The notes beneath the pieces were generated by a model. It searched no databases. It was not told the origin of the DNA and was given only the letters and a program-made list of their open reading frames with translations. Shown here piece by piece: positions 33,424 to 45,435 of a stretch of 45,435 bases of DNA. Source of the DNA: Veleropilina oligotropha (taxonomy: Eukaryota); assembly GCA_048128005.1 (NCBI GenBank), contig JBEUKZ010000082.1:124001-169435 (forward strand), in the 5' to 3' direction. Within the stretch, counting starts at the first letter, position 1. Each line of letters opens with the position of its first letter. The translations under genes and the position numbers were made by a program.

Positions 33424-34809
33424 ATGGCTGTGTCTGGTAGCACGTTCTCAACTGAGGAAAGTGAAATATAATCTGAAAATTTAACAGTAAACGAATCATT
33501 AAATGAAGCTAGTAATGATTAAGTGTCGGCCGCGGAAACATTCAACCCATCTGAGCCTGTAATATGTGAACTATTATGTATCTATGTGGACAAACTTGAT
33601 GTCCTTCCTGTGGATTCGATTGTAAAGCTTTGTGATGACGTGTACACTGATGGAGAAATACAGTATGCTAAGTTAATGTTGGCTAAATCAGTTGGTCATT
33701 TGCTTAAGGGCAAATATAGGAGGAGAAATGGACAAAAAAAATAAATAAATACCCTTCAAGATATTGCAAAGATGCTACAGGAACTAGATCCTGTGGACAT
33801 CCCTTGTTTTGTGGCGAAGAAACTTAGTAGATTACCGCCAGTGTCTGCCAGCCACATTGATATATCCACATTGCTAAGAGAACTTAATGGTCTGAAGGTC
33901 CTGATGATCGACGTAGTAGAACAAATCAGTGTGTTAAATACGACTCAGTCATCGGTTGTCAAAAAAAATGATAGACTGGGAAGCAAAATTGAGCACCAAA
34001 TGAGCCCTCCTTGTACAAAACAGCGTAGTAAAGGGTGTGCAAATGCGACACCTGTTTATTTATTGACAGATAATATGTGTGGTGAAACAGCCCCGGTGGG
34101 AAATCCATTAACCGAGTCCTCGAGTGCTTTGACGCGTACAGATGCATCTCATAATGATAACAGTGGTACACACGCCTCGTGTTGGCCAATCCAGGGCGGT
34201 AATGATGTAACCATTTCTCATGTCTCAATTCCGCATCCGGAGAATAGTGTTCGTAGCAATGTGACGACACTGTCGCATGCTGGTGAAGTTTCAGATAGAC
34301 GTCCGACTGCTGTTCTGTCGTCTTATGCTGATATTCTGGCTTCTACAAACTCTCCCAAGAGAGCTGTTGCTGCCAACAGCGACAGGTTTACCACAGTACG
34401 GAACAAGAAGATGACCAGTGGTTCGAATCTACGAGGCGTGCGGTCTTACCCTCCTGTTGAGCTCTTCCTTACCAGGCTTGATCCAGACACCTCTCCTGGT
34501 GACGTTTGCCAATATGTTAAAAAGAAATCTGGCATTGCTGTGCAATGTGAACGTCTGGATACGCGACACCAGACATACGCCTCTTTCCTGGTGAGTGTAA
34601 ATGGACGATTCACCAAGAAACGCCTTGCTAAAGATTACTGGCCTGAAGAAGTGCTCGTATGCAAATTCTATCGTCGTCGGCAGAATAAAGATAATCCTTC
34701 CAATGGACGATCATACAGGAACACTAGATATGATGACTATGATCAGGAATACGACAATGGCAGAAAACGTGACCAACAATGGTTTAGTGATGAAGAATAT
34801 GAGTATTAA
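33424..34809 (+). pseudogene. LINE ORF1 with in-frame stops
   Basis: 33424, 33523 and 33772 starts share one frame; ELLC...EI..AK.ML, LPPVSASHIDISTLLREL; RRM-like LFLTRLDPDTS...YASFLVSV...WPEEVLVCKF. Confidence 0.8.
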
Positions 34810-34835
34810 GTAGACATACACCCCACTCTTACATT

Positions 34836-37587
34836 ATGAACTTACAAATAACATCTTTCAATTGTAAATATCTGAAGTCATATGTGACGGAAATACGTTC
34901 ACTGTGCGCCTTAAGTGATGTTTGCTTACTACAAGAAACGTGGCTTACGAACTCTGAACTAGAAATATTAAATTCTCTTCATCCTGATTTCTATGGTCGG
35001 GGTATATCGGCTGTTAAGGATGATAGTTTGCATAAAGGACGTCCTCACGATGGAATTGCTTTTTTATGGAAAAAATGTTTAGGTAATAGTGTCACCTTTG
35101 TTGAATACGATGATTGCAGAATTATTGGGCTTCGAATTGAATGTGATAAACATAAATTGTTACTTTTATGTGTATATTTACCGACTGATTGTCCCGAAAA
35201 TAATGAATTGTTCTTTGATTGCCTTGGTAAATTGAAAGTCATAATAGATGAATGTGACATCCCAAATGTCATGGTTATGGGTGACTGGAATGCTCATCCT
35301 TCTAGGAAGTTTGGAAAGGAACTGGAGCTCTTTTGTGAAAGTAACAGCTTGTACCAATCTGATATTATTATATTACCAATGTGACAGCTATACTTTTTTT
35401 AGTGAAGCTCACCAATCCACATCTTGGTTAGATCATTGTATATCGACTGCTCGTGTTAACTCTGCCATAGGGGATATGGGTATTTTATATGACTATGTAT
35501 CTTCCGATCATCTCCCTTTACATGTCAAGTTAAATTGGGAAGTTTTACCGGTTTTGGAAAACCATCAAAATCGTCTTCCTAAATATGCAGTTGACTGGGT
35601 AAACTTAATGAAGCGGAACTTAAACATTATATTATAGAACTCATAAGAGCGAATTTAGACAATATCAATATTCCACATGAAGATATATTATGTAATAATG
35701 CCGAATGTTGTTCTCATAAAGATGCCATCAATAACTATTATAATGAAATTACGGGTTCACTGATGGATGCTAGTAATCATGCTCTAACAAAACAGAAAGT
35801 TATCAAAGATTTCATTGTTCCTGGTTGGAATGAGAACGTGAGTAACTTACATAGTCATTCACGTGCCTCTTTCTTGTTGTGGCGCGAACATGGTAGCCCG
35901 CGTACTGGGCCTATTGCAGAATACATGCGTAGTACTAGGCGCCAGTTTAAGTATGCACTTAGAACATGTAGAAAGAACGAAGATTTACTTAGAGCAGATA
36001 AGATTGCTGAGGCATATTTCTGTCACTCCAATAATGATTTTTGGAAAGAAATTCAGAATAATAATAGAAAGTCCTCGTTATTGCCTTGTAGGATTGACGA
36101 AGCAAATGGTGAAGTGGCTATATCAGAGCTCTGGGGTGATAAGTTTAATTCTCTTCTTAACTCTGTTACGAATGATACTCACAAACCTAATGTTATTAAT
36201 AGACTGTCTGAAAAGCCTAATTTATGTGATGTATTACCAATCCATTCACCGGACATTATCTATGATATTGTACAAAAAATAAAACCAAATAAATCAGCTG
36301 GGTGTGATGGTCTATCAGCTGAACATTTAAAAAATGCCGACATTAAAGTGTATATTCATCTATTTTTATGTATTAATTGTATGCTGAGGCATGGTAATTT
36401 GCCTAAGCAACTAACTTATGTTGTTGTTAGCCACGTTATAAACAATAAAAATGGCGACATAACTAATTCTGATAACTATCGCCCAATTGCGGTTGCCACT
36501 ATTGTTTCTAAAATCATCGAGAAAGTCATTTTATTATTATGTGAAAATAAGCTGTATACTTCTGACTTTCAATTCGGGTTCAAACCGAGGCGATCCACGG
36601 ATCAATGTATATATGTTATCAAGGAAACTGTAAATTTTTATTGTACAAATGGTAGTCCTGTGTATATATGTTTTATGGACGCTTCTAAGGCATGCATTTG
36701 ACAGAGTAAACCACTGGTCTTTGTTGAAAAAACTTCTCGATCGTGAAATTCCGCTGTATATTGTGCATATTATAAATGAATGGTGTAAAATACCTCTATT
36801 TACTGTTAAATGGGGGACTTTTTTTTCTCCGCTATTTGGGGCATCTAATGGTGTTAGGCAAGGAGGTGTTTTATCTCCTTTTTTGTTTGCTGTGTATCTA
36901 CATGACCTGGACACTAGCTTGTCCGATACTCATGTTGGCTGTAATATCGCTGGTGTTTTTATTAACCATTTAATTTATGCAGATGATATATGTTTACTAT
37001 GTCCGTCGGCTTCTGCGCTGCAGAGTTTATTAAATGTATGTAATGAATATGCTTCATCACATGATATTATTTTTAATTACAAAAAAACTGTTTGTATGCT
37101 ATGTAGACCTAGAGGTCAAATAGTATTTTCTTTTCCGTGTGTTAAACTTGGAGATAACGTATTAAAATATGTAGAGCATTATACTTATCTAGGTCATATT
37201 CTGTCATGTGACAGGGCAAATGTGTTAATCAGCAAATTTAAGTCATGTTCTAACATAGTAAAGAAATTTTTATTCCAATCATATGGTAATACAATATATT
37301 GCTGTCACCTTTGGTATTTATACAAGAAAGCGAGCTTGAACAAATTACGTGTCATGTACAACAATGCATTTCGTTGGATTATGTTTTATAGACGAGATTG
37401 TAGTGCAAGTTATATGTTTGTGATCAACGGTGTTATGTCATTTGGTGAAATTTTGCGAAAAAATATCTTCAGTTTTAAAAGCAGGGTGGAAAATTCAAAC
37501 AATGCCCTTCTACAAACATTGCAAAAATCCGATCTTGTGTTCACTTCACCCCTGCAAGAAAACTGGCATAATGCACTGTATTATTAA
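34836..37587 (+). pseudogene. LINE ORF2 (APE endonuclease + RT) with frameshifts and a short internal deletion near 37210
   Basis: SFNC, LQETWL, VYLP, MGDWNA, WLDH, SDHLP; NYRPIA, QFGFK, FMDASKA/FDRVNH, GVRQGGVLSPFLF, LIYADD. Confidence 0.92.
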
Positions 37588-38134
37588 TCTTGTATATATG
37601 TTGATGTAAACTCATACTATTAATAAGTTATATCAAAGCATTTATATGGACTATTTTTTACGTCTGAAATAAAAGTATTATTATTATTATTATTATATTA
37701 TTATTATTGCTTAGTCGTTGTTCAGCATTGACAGGCATATACAGTAAGTTTTCTTTTTAAATAAAATGAAAATAAAAATGTTACCTTGTGGCGTGTCGTT
37801 TGATATGTATGTTTATCCTGATCACTATGTAAATATCACATGATAAACGTACGGCTCAAACTCGCCGCCCCAGGATAACGTTAAAACTCAAGACAGTCAT
37901 CGTCTCACTGAGCATGTCACCAAAAACATAGTAAAACGTAGCTACTCGTCGTAGTACGTACTAATGCGAAGTGACACCAAGCAATACCCACTGAAACCTA
38001 ATAAAATGTATAAATAAAACGCCGCGAGACGCAGTAATAGCGTAGATAATACATAAGTAATGGGCGTCCTGGTAAGGCGTTTTAGTACGTTTTACGACAT
38101 TTAAATAGGTATATGGAGTTGAGTTGACAACTTT

Positions 38135-38300
38135 GTTTTACGACCCCTTTGGCATTTTTCAGCCTTAACGTGATCGGGACACCCGGTTTAAGGTCTCATT
38201 CCGATCTGACCGACATACAATAGGGATAAGCGATCTATTAGTTTTAAGCCTTAGAATAAGACAGGCCAGAGCGGGCTTGAATCCATTCCTACCGTCTCAC
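38135..38300 (-). mobile_element. SINE remnant with a Deu/Nin-like conserved block
   Basis: Minus strand reads GGATTCAAGCCC (B-box-like) and TCGGAATGAGACCTTAAACCGGGTGTCCCG, resembling the Deu/Nin-domain motif as I recall it. Confidence 0.5.
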
Positions 38301-38647
38301 TTAGCGTTTTTACACACGTATGTACGTAAATTACCGTTTACTACGTTTTAGAAACGTACGGTAGTATAATATCTAGCAATCAATATACCCCACAGTGTGA
38401 CTATAAGAGTTACTGGTTGTACTCTGTGACTTTTAAACGGCCATAATTGTTTATTCCTGTGATCGTCATTGTATGCAAGAAAATAACGGAATTCCGATAA
38501 TAGATTTCATAACAAGCACAAGCAAGGAGAATTAATGGAAGCTACGTATATAACACCAGCGGACAATTACAAAGCACAGGAAACCGCTAATGGTTGAGAT
38601 CTAAGACAAAACTTGCAGATCAGCAGGATTAAGGAAGTTAATTATCT

Positions 38648-38920
38648 GGATTAAACAGATCAATTGCTAGGGTAAGGTATCATTAATAATAAGTATCTCC
38701 GGTTGGACTTAAAATAGAAATTAACGACTTAAAAATCAATATACTATTTGATATTATTGAATTGCGTATTAGATGTATGCACCTGGGGTCCTTTCGGATT
38801 AAACAGATCAATTGCTAGGGTACATTATAATATATAAAAAGTATCTCCCGTTGGACTTAAACAGAAATTAACTACTTAAAAATCGACTAATGTACTATTT
38901 GCTATTATTGAATTGCGTAT
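38648..38920 (+). repeat. ~125-bp diverged direct duplication
   Basis: GGATTAAACAGATCAATTGCTAGGGTA...ATTATTGAATTGCGTAT at ~38648 and ~38796. Confidence 0.85.
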
Positions 38921-39034
38921 ATGCCGGGTCTTACGCTATCTCTGACAATCCTCTGACATATGCGTGCTTGATGGATTATAATTTATAAATTGGGTGACGC
39001 CTCATCATTCTCATGTGATATTCATTATTGGTGC

Positions 39035-39289
39035 AAATGCTTAATATCCTGTATATTTCCAACCATCATTTGGTTCAAATCAGGACATGTCCGTATTATA
39101 GCGGGAGGAAAGCCGGTCGCCCGGGTAAACCCGCCCTCTCTGACCAGTTACGGACAACTGTGATTCATAATTTGAACAAATGTGTGCTGTCCCTGCCGAG
39201 GTTTGAACCCACTACTGTTCGCGTCAGCGGAATCAAGTCAGTGATTTTTGGAGTCCACAATCAAATACCACACTACGGTCGATGCGGCC
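39035..39289 (-). mobile_element. tRNA-derived SINE copy
   Basis: Collinear with 11808-12060. Confidence 0.85.
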
Positions 39290-39553
39290 ATACTGTTGTT
39301 ATAACACGCATGCATTACTTTATATAATTGATTAATGTTGGGCGACATTAAATTTTGTCAATACTTCGACCATTTCAGCATATTGTTTAAATCAGGTTGT
39401 CGATCTGTATATCTGCGTTTTACATATGCGGGATACTTTCGAATAACACTACAGTGATGAACCATGTCGATCAGAATTCACTGTCTTGACTGCTCTGTCT
39501 AACAGGTGAGCTCAAACCACGGTTGAAGCACCAGTCACAGTTGTCCGTAATTG

Positions 39554-40053
39554 ACCGGCGAGGGCATGTTTCCCGGGGCGATCGGGCTTACCGGCGAGGG
39601 CATGTTTCCCGGGGCGATCGGGCTTACCGGCGAGGACATGTTTCCCGGGGCGATCGAGCTTACCGGGGAGGGCATGCTTCCCGGGGCGATCGGGCTGACC
39701 GGCGATGGCATGTTTCCCGGGGCGATCGGGCTTACCGGCGAAGGCATGTTTCCCGGGCGATTGGGCTTACCGGCGAGGGCATGTTTCCCTGGGCGATCGG
39801 GCTTTCCGGCGAGGGCATGTTTCCCGGGGCGATCGGGCTTACCGCCGAGGGCATGTTTCCCGGGGCGATCGGGCTTACCGGCGAGGGCATGTTTCCCGGG
39901 CGATCGGGCTTACCGGCGAGGGCATGTTTCCCGGGGCGATCGGACTTACCGGCGAGGGCATGTTTCCCGGGGCGATCGGGCTTACCGGCGAGGGCATGTT
40001 TCCCGGGCGATCGGGCTTACCGGCGATGGCATGTTTCCCGGGGCGAACGGACT
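39554..40053 (+). repeat. 36-bp GC-rich minisatellite (~14 copies) derived from the SINE central block
   Basis: Unit ACCGGCGAGGGCATGTTTCCCGGGGCGATCGGGCTT; flanked by SINE-like sequence on both sides (TCACAGTTGTCCGTAA... and ...ACAGGAGAGTAAGCATC). Confidence 0.92.
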
Positions 40054-40429
40054 TTCCTCTGCGATGCCATGGTATGGACCTGATGGCTTGTTAAAGACAG
40101 GAGAGTAAGCATCAAAACCAAACTGCTGGACTAATACTCGATTAATATTTGTTTGTCAAGATTTATGTCTACCCTGGTATGTTAAAGACTTCAAATAGAA
40201 AGAGTAGCGCTAGTTACTATGGTATTAAGTTATTTATTTTTCCCGAGACTGCTTACATTTGGGAAAACCTTGTAAATAGCCATAATGGATCACTAGCGTT
40301 GGTTTCTATTGATTTACCGATTGACGTATAGATTCAAAAATATTTTAACATAACTAGACTATTAAATAAATATGTACTTAGTCAGCTGATATAACGTCTT
40401 ATATATTATTGCTTTCATCAGAGCGAAAT

Positions 40430-43140
40430 TAAAGGCCGGGAAAAGTGACCCAGTGGTCGTAGATCTTGTCCAGACGTTAAGGGCGTAGACATACGTCGAA
40501 GGTTATTCAGACTAGCCTGTGAGATTGAAGAAATACTGTAATGAAATGTTTCACTAAAGTGTAGACTAAAAAAACATTAGTGCACCACCATGGGTAACCA
40601 GGAAAGTAAGGGGAATTATAAGAAGGACACATAAACGTTGGAAACTATACATTGAGTCACAATGTCATGGCACAGATGAACGCCCAAAGTATACGAATGT
40701 GTGAAAACGTGTAAAAAAAACCCGAACAGCCAAGGAATCTTTTGTAGGAAGTCTAGCAATGAAAACATCAAGGAAAAACCAAAGTAATGTATGCTTATAT
40801 AATGTCCAAACTATAAACAAAATATATCGTAAGTCCCATGAAAGACGAAAATGGAATTTTAATATCAGATGTTACACAAATCTCAGAATCCCTAAAGTAA
40901 ACAAATATTTTTCGTCTGTATATACGTTTTAGGATCCGGTAAAAATGCCACTAGTAAATTATATTTTTCAAGACCGTGAAAACGTTTCTGAAAGTATTGT
41001 GATTTCCACTGAAATGCCTAAGCAAAGACACACTTACTAAATGTTAGTAATGCTCTGAACAATATATATTCCAAATGGCTAAAACCAGAATTAGCGTACG
41101 AATTAGCACAGCCATTGACTATGATATTTTATAAATTTCTAAAAGAAGTCAGCTTTCCTGTTGTCTAGAGCAACCGTAATCATCTTGGATTTATGGAGAA
41201 AAGGACATGTTTAACCATTTTACTGGATTTTTGTGATGACTAAAAACTCCAATAGACATAGGCGAAACATTTGATATCATATATCTTGATTTTCAAAAGG
41301 CATTCGATACAAGTAACCATGGCCTGAAAGGTCCAATATTAAATCGGATTAGCAATTAGCCAGAGAAGAGAAAATACAGGGTTGTAATAATGGGATTAAG
41401 CCACGGTGAGATCCGGTATTAAGTGGCGTCCCATAAGGTTCTATTGTTGGCCCATTGTTGTTTCTCTTATATTAATAATATTGATGACGTCATTACATCT
41501 CTAGTAAAAAAATAGACAGTCGCAAAACTGTCCTAAATAGCAATCAGACTACCATATAAAATCTGTGATCATGACATTGCCAGTAAAAGTGGCTAAATAT
41601 TGTACTAGCCGTCAATCATGTAATTGTTTGGATGAAAATATAATTATAAATTCCGAAATAAAATAAATGTCTTAGTATGGAAAATTTTGTCAAAATCATA
41701 CGTCGTACACGGCAAATTATGTCGCAACACACCAGGGTAGATCAAGGAGGGTTAGAATATTAAATTTCAATAAGTTGGCATGAAAAGTAGCTGCGAAATT
41801 GTCAGGAAAAATCTTGCATCGTGTATTCTGTTTCAAAGGTCACAAGGGCAATGTCAAAGGTCGCAAACGGAAAATTATATCGCCACGCGCTAGGATAGGT
41901 AAGTTAGCATACCAATATGTTCTGGACAAAAAAAGGTTTATTCTATGTTTGGGGAAGGTCACACCGGCAAGGTTAAAGGTCGCTCACGGAAAATTATGTA
42001 GCCACGCGCAAGGGTGTGTCAAGGTAGGATAATATTCAAAAGTAAATAAAGGTAGCATATATAGTAGCCGTGATATGGACCGGACAAAACTTGCATCCTG
42101 GATTTTGTGTCAAAGGTCACAACGGCAACGTCAAAGGTTGCACAATTATATCGCCACGCGCTAGGGTTGGTCATGGTAAGTTAGCATACCAAGTTTCATC
42201 TAGCTGACATGCATACAAGCCGAGATATGATCCGGACAAATCCTCCACCCACCCGAGCGCCCGCCCGCCCATCCACCCATCGGCTCACCCGCCCGCCTCG
42301 GGCGATGACAATAACCCCAGTCTTTTTTAGGCTGGGGTTAAAAAATTCACAGACGATACAAAATTGTCGAAACTGAAGAAGATACAAAGGAACTCCAAAG
42401 TGACTTAAATAATCTGGTAAAGTGGTCTGAGGATTGGCAATTGCTTTTCAACACCAGTATATGTTAGGCAATACATATGGGTTATAAGTTATTAACAACA
42501 ATATAAAATAAGTTCAGATAATTCAGAACTAGTGACAAAAGGAAAGATTTGGATGTATGTGTAGACAATACGTTTAAACTATCAAATCAATATTCAGAAT
42601 CAGCCAAAAAGTGAAATCAAATATCGATAATGATAAAAAGAGACTTTAATTTTAAGTCCAAAGTCATATTAACACGCCAAAACAAGAAAATGTTAGAATA
42701 TGTAGTGTACGCATGGAGCCCATATCTTTCAAAGGATATCCAAATTCTAGAATAAGCTGAAAATATAGCCACAAAATTGAGAGAATTACCATGAGGATAA
42801 ACTAAGGGCACTTAACATATCATAACATTGTCTCTGAAAAGGATAAGGGCGTTATGATTCAGGTGTTTAAAATATTTACAGGAAAGGACAACGTTGACAA
42901 TATTTACTTTATACAGATGACCCAAAGGTTTACCAGGGGGCATATATACAAACATTCGAAAAAAAGGATATCGACAAGACGTTAGAAAACGCTTATTCTC
43001 AAATCCGGTTGCCGATGAATGGAATAATCTTCCATTGTAAGAAGCAGATTACGTTATAGATGACCAGACGACTACAATGGTTTTTATATGATTGGCAGTA
43101 ATGCGTTTCTTAAACCTAGATAAATTATATTTAAATATAT
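40430..43140 (+). mobile_element. Old decayed copy of the CR1 family at 7385-8766, split by an insertion
   Basis: Long stretches alignable by eye (ATATCTTGATTTTCAAAAGGCATTCGA; TTGATGACGTCATTAC; TGGAGCCCATATCTT; same 3' UTR). Confidence 0.85.
41513..42339 (-). mobile_element. Helentron-type non-autonomous element (HINE/DINE-1-like)
   Basis: Inserted in an A-run of the CR1; terminal hairpins AACCCCAG..CTGGGGTT and GACAGT..ACTGTC; (CCCG)n microsatellite; internal AAAGGTCA-containing tandem repeats. Confidence 0.75.
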
Positions 43141-43199
43141 ATAAATTGCTGTAGCAACTAAAACACACCGGGTTTTCCTCCTGCAATACTAGGGATTTG

Positions 43200-43461
43200 A
43201 TTTGATTGGACCAATACTGAACGTCATGCATATTTACAGCCATCAGGTTCAAAGCAGGACATGCCCATATTATGGTGGGAGGAAAGCCTGGTCGTAAGGG
43301 GGAAACCGGTCCTCTCCGACCAGTTACGGATAACTGTGATTCATAACTGAACAAATGGCAATGCCCCAACCGAGATTCGAACCCGCTACTGTTCGTGTTA
43401 GCGAAATCAAGCCAGTGATTTCAGAGTCTGCAACCGAAATCAAACGACTGTCGAAGGGGCC
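43200..43461 (-). mobile_element. tRNA-derived SINE copy
   Basis: Collinear with 11808-12060; B-box GGTTCGAATCT on the minus strand. Confidence 0.85.
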
Positions 43462-44238
43462 AGGGCGGGTTATAGATGACATGAAAACTACAATGGGGTT
43501 TTATCCCCGCCCAATAGAGGGGAATATTGTTGTTGCCCTGTATATTGCTTGCCTATGATACTCTTTAGCATATATATGTATGGGCTGATACTATGAAAGT
43601 GATATAGAATACAATTTAATATATATTTTAAAATAATGTAGATGATTTTTTATCGTATACATTTTGGTAAAAGTTTTTCGTTGAGTGTCTTTGGGTTGCT
43701 CAAACAACTTGTTGGTATATATTAGTATATGATTTGGTATTTATAATATGAATGTCAACTGATACTCTGGAAATGGTATTGAATTAAATTTAATGTAAGC
43801 AAATAATTGCTGCTTAAAATTAGGTGTTTTTGACATAAACATTTTGTTTAAAGTTTTTCTATGGACTCATATGGGTTTTTCTACGCACTGTTTTCCATCC
43901 ATGTGCTTGAACATCGACTATATTGACGCTGTCCTCTCCTCTGCAAGCGATTTATAATATAAATAACGTTTGAACATAGCAATGTTTGTTAAAGTGGACA
44001 TTTGAAATTTGAGTTGCTCCATGCTCCATGCTATTATTGGCACCACCTTTTAGTCTAACAACGATATTGAATATAATTGTGTATAAATAATGCATGACCT
44101 TGTTTTTCTAGAACATAGAAATATGGTTTGTATCATAGAGATTGTAGGAGGCGAGGAAATAATCCGTTTTATAAGCGGTCCTTGTTATAAGAGTGGCAGT
44201 AATGCCCTCCCTAAACCCAAACAAATTGTATTTAAATT
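43462..44238 (+). mobile_element. CR1 3'-end fragment (43462-43501 and 44186-44238) split by a second HINE-like element (~43502-44185)
   Basis: CR1 UTR ...ACAATGGGGTT|...|TATAAGAGTGGCAGTAATG rejoins across the insert; the insert has CCCCGCC / GGCGAGG subterminal IR and an end hairpin CCGTTT..AAGCGG followed by CTTGT. Confidence 0.65.
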
Positions 44239-44485
44239 ACTGCAACAACTAAAACAAAGAACGATGCGTTCGGAATATGTCTTGGCCTTTTCTTTATTTC
44301 CGACAAATTTTCATAACAGTTATAGCGTTACAATGGCGAAGTGTACTTCATGACTTTACAGTCGATCGTGAAGTTACCAATGACGTTTAATCTAAAGCGA
44401 CGTCGTAATGACGTCATTGTTATTTACTAGAAATATTTGACATACTTTATATAGCAAATATGCATAAAAGTGCTTAATAAATGCA

Positions 44486-45403
44486 TTTATCGCATATCTA
44501 GGTCATTCTCCCATAGTGCAACACCGTGTATTATTCGTCGTAATACACGTGTGTTTAAGCCATATTGAAATGCGATTGGATGAATTAATGAATGAAATTA
44601 GAACAGCCAATAGAAATGCGTGTCACTAAAGGTCGAGCGCACTTCTTGTTTTTACTACGTTTTGTTTACTATAATGTCATAATGAGATTGCCGCCAATAT
44701 TTGTAATGTTGACATTATGGCGGCGATAGTGGAAACATTTATAGCAACGGCCACAAAACAACAACATGTTAGAGATTATTGGAACTGATTTTGAGGTAAC
44801 GAGATTGCAGACGCGACAATCACATATATGCAGGACCCGATGTACGTATACATAGCTTCTCCGCGATAGCAGACGTCAATGACAGATTCAAACCGGTCGG
44901 CGACACATATATCCCGCGTTACTGTTTTGGGCAGATAGTTTTAAATCCTAATGAAAATTGTTATTCTAATATGTTCATATAGTTTAAATAAAGTTACTGT
45001 ATATCGGTTCATTTTCAAAGAATATTTATTAGTTAACTTAATTAATCAACTACTTTCGCACTCTTTTTAGACGGCATTAACGTTACTAATTTATGTAATG
45101 AGTAAACACGATGTCCTTTTTGCATTAAACTGTTTACATATCACTACGCCGTAATGTCGCCTTCAATCTACAGCTGATTATTCGTACCGGTGAGGCAATT
45201 TCGTGAGTTTGTAGTTTGTTTCCTACCGAAGAGCGATATGTGATAAACAGAACCTCACACTCGTGGTAATGTAATATCACATTTATGAAACTCGTTTAAC
45301 TAATTTTCATATTTTCCTCGGCAAGCCTCGGAAAATATGAAAATTAGTTAAACTCGTTTCATAAATGTGATATTACATTACCACTCATATGAGATCCTCT
45401 ATT
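44486..45403 (+). mobile_element. Non-autonomous element: 13-bp terminal/subterminal IR plus ~145-bp terminal palindrome
   Basis: TTTATCGCATATC (44486) vs GATATGTGATAAA (45235); palindrome 45253-45393 centred on CC-TC-GGCAAGCC-TC-GG. Confidence 0.7.
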
Positions 45404-45435
45404 TATTTGCAAATTAGTGTCGCGAACGTTATATA

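Larger units (their letters stand above)
33400..37708 (+). mobile_element. Near full-length decayed LINE (RTE-X-like), ORF1 + ORF2, (TTA)n tail
   Basis: Two-ORF layout; AATAAA then (TTA)n at ~37668-37708; clade assignment tentative, from RT motif style. Confidence 0.85.

Noticed and set aside
39392..39512. Possible host exon (TCAG...AG|GTGAG)
   Set aside because: All three frames contain stops and no partner exons were identified.
39523..40108. Three long overlapping repetitive ORFs (collagen-like GxxG, RG-rich) and a CRISPR-like 36-bp periodicity
   Set aside because: Products of a stop-free tandem repeat; units are contiguous with no unique spacers and there are no cas genes.

Overview
AT-rich eukaryotic DNA, probably an invertebrate (lophotrochozoan-like SINE/LINE repertoire; TTAGGG-type motifs). 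The window is almost entirely mobile DNA and I can support no host gene. The centrepiece is a GC-rich, intronless, gene-dense ~9 kb endogenous Polinton/Maverick-like virus relic (~19.6-28.2 kb). It encodes a ~1,240-codon frameshifted polyprotein (putative OTU-like protease, a compact apparently exonuclease-less family-B polymerase, an SF1 helicase and a His-Me/HNH nuclease). This converges on an rve integrase, five small mostly membrane-type ORFs, an A32-like packaging ATPase and the C-terminal tip of a probable major capsid protein. A degenerate telomere-motif array lies just to its left. Other elements: an intact I-group (RNase H) LINE whose long 3' UTR carries five covarying copies of an unrecognised structured RNA motif; CR1, L2, RTE-X-like and Penelope relics; two Academ-like relics; a Crypton-like tyrosine-recombinase fragment; three palindromes sharing a TCxTC mismatch architecture; Helentron-type non-autonomous elements; and a tRNA-SINE family, one copy expanded into a 36-bp minisatellite. 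All family assignments come from motif recognition by eye, not database searches.
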